Assembly: GCF_964194155.1 (NCBI RefSeq)
Contig: NC_135899.1
Coordinates: 11,098,001 to 11,162,000, forward strand
From: Cetorhinus maximus
Taxonomy: Eukaryota
DNA length: 64,000 bases
Reading direction: 5' to 3'
Shown here: positions 63,302 to 64,000 of the stretch, one piece after another
Layout of the letters: each line of letters starts with the position of its first letter
How positions within the stretch are numbered: position 1 is the first letter of the stretch
Made by a program: the position numbers and the translations under genes
Notes under the pieces: generated by a model
Databases searched by the model: none
What the model was told of the DNA's origin: nothing
The model's input: the letters and a program-made list of their open reading frames with translations, nothing else

Positions 63302-63457
63302 AGTTTGACCAGGAGCCTTCCAAGCGAGATCGTTGGCCAGGGCGGGAGCGAGGTGTCGATGATGACAGCAGAGAGACAGGATGCTCCCCAGGACCAGGTG
63401 GAGAAAGTGAAAGTCCACAGAGCCAGGAAGTCCATGTTTAAACCCAGCCCTGCTCAG
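63302..63457 (+). CDS. EHMT2: EHMT2 repeat exon, mimic copy 5 (52 aa); gene continues off the right edge
   Basis: attcag|...CAG|GTACGT; phase 0-0; SLTRSLPSEIVGQGGSEVSMMTAERQDAPQDQVEKVKVHRARKSMFKPSPAQ. Confidence 0.85.
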
Positions 63458-64000
63458 GTACGTCGTAGTGTGTGCACCCACTGCAGCTCAGCTCAGCTCT
63501 GGACTGGGGGGAGCGTTGCTGAAACACCAGACTCCATAGGTTGGAAACTGCAACACTTGTTGATGTGATCAAAACACGCTTGGGCTTGACACTAGGTTAA
63601 GCACTTGATGTGCGAAAGCGTCGCGAGCACCTAAATGTCACTACACCGCAGGGAGCGATGAATGTGCCTTATCCCACAGTCTTGTGTTCTTTTGGGTTCT
63701 GTATGTAACATGCATGCTGTACAGCTCTCCACACAATAGGACTCAAACAGACAAACCAAACCTGGAATCAGGGCAACATTTAGGCAGTTTTCATATCTCC
63801 ACACAATCAGTTATATAATTTACTAGGTTTTTGAAATTCTGAGCCCCCCCCCAGGGGTCCATCCAGTGAACACATGGGAAATTTCCCAACCCCGCACATC
63901 ATCTGCATTCAGAGAGAATGTTGCAGCCTTGCTTCTCCAACCTCCGCCCTCCCTTCAGAGTGTTGGCTATGGAATGGAAGGGCGGTGATTGGGGGGGGGG

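Overview
This is vertebrate genomic DNA, most likely a cartilaginous fish (inferred from the CR1 LINE, Deu-domain SINE and Penelope-like repeat content), covering part of the MHC class III region. From left to right it holds the first three exons of a complement factor B/C2-family gene (minus strand, continuing off the left edge), three tandem ZBTB12-like BTB/C2H2 zinc-finger genes (minus strand), and the first eight coding exons of EHMT2/G9a (plus strand, continuing off the right edge). The intergenic and intronic sequence is mostly CR1-group LINEs, SINEs, Penelope-like fragments and minisatellites. The strongest observation is that the EHMT2 histone-H3K9-mimic automethylation segment (H-[KR]-ARKT in mammals) occurs at least five times here as ARKS: once at the end of exon 4, then once in each of four extra frame-symmetric exons whose acceptors appear to derive from an internal CAG of the ancestral exon. 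Other notable signals are the ZBTB12 triplication with altered recognition helices and a probable gene-conversion tract, a Penelope-associated minimal hammerhead ribozyme motif, inverted SINE-derived satellite arrays, and complementary minisatellites flanking EHMT2 exon 2. Gene identities come from recalled human protein sequences rather than database searches, and repeat boundaries are approximate.
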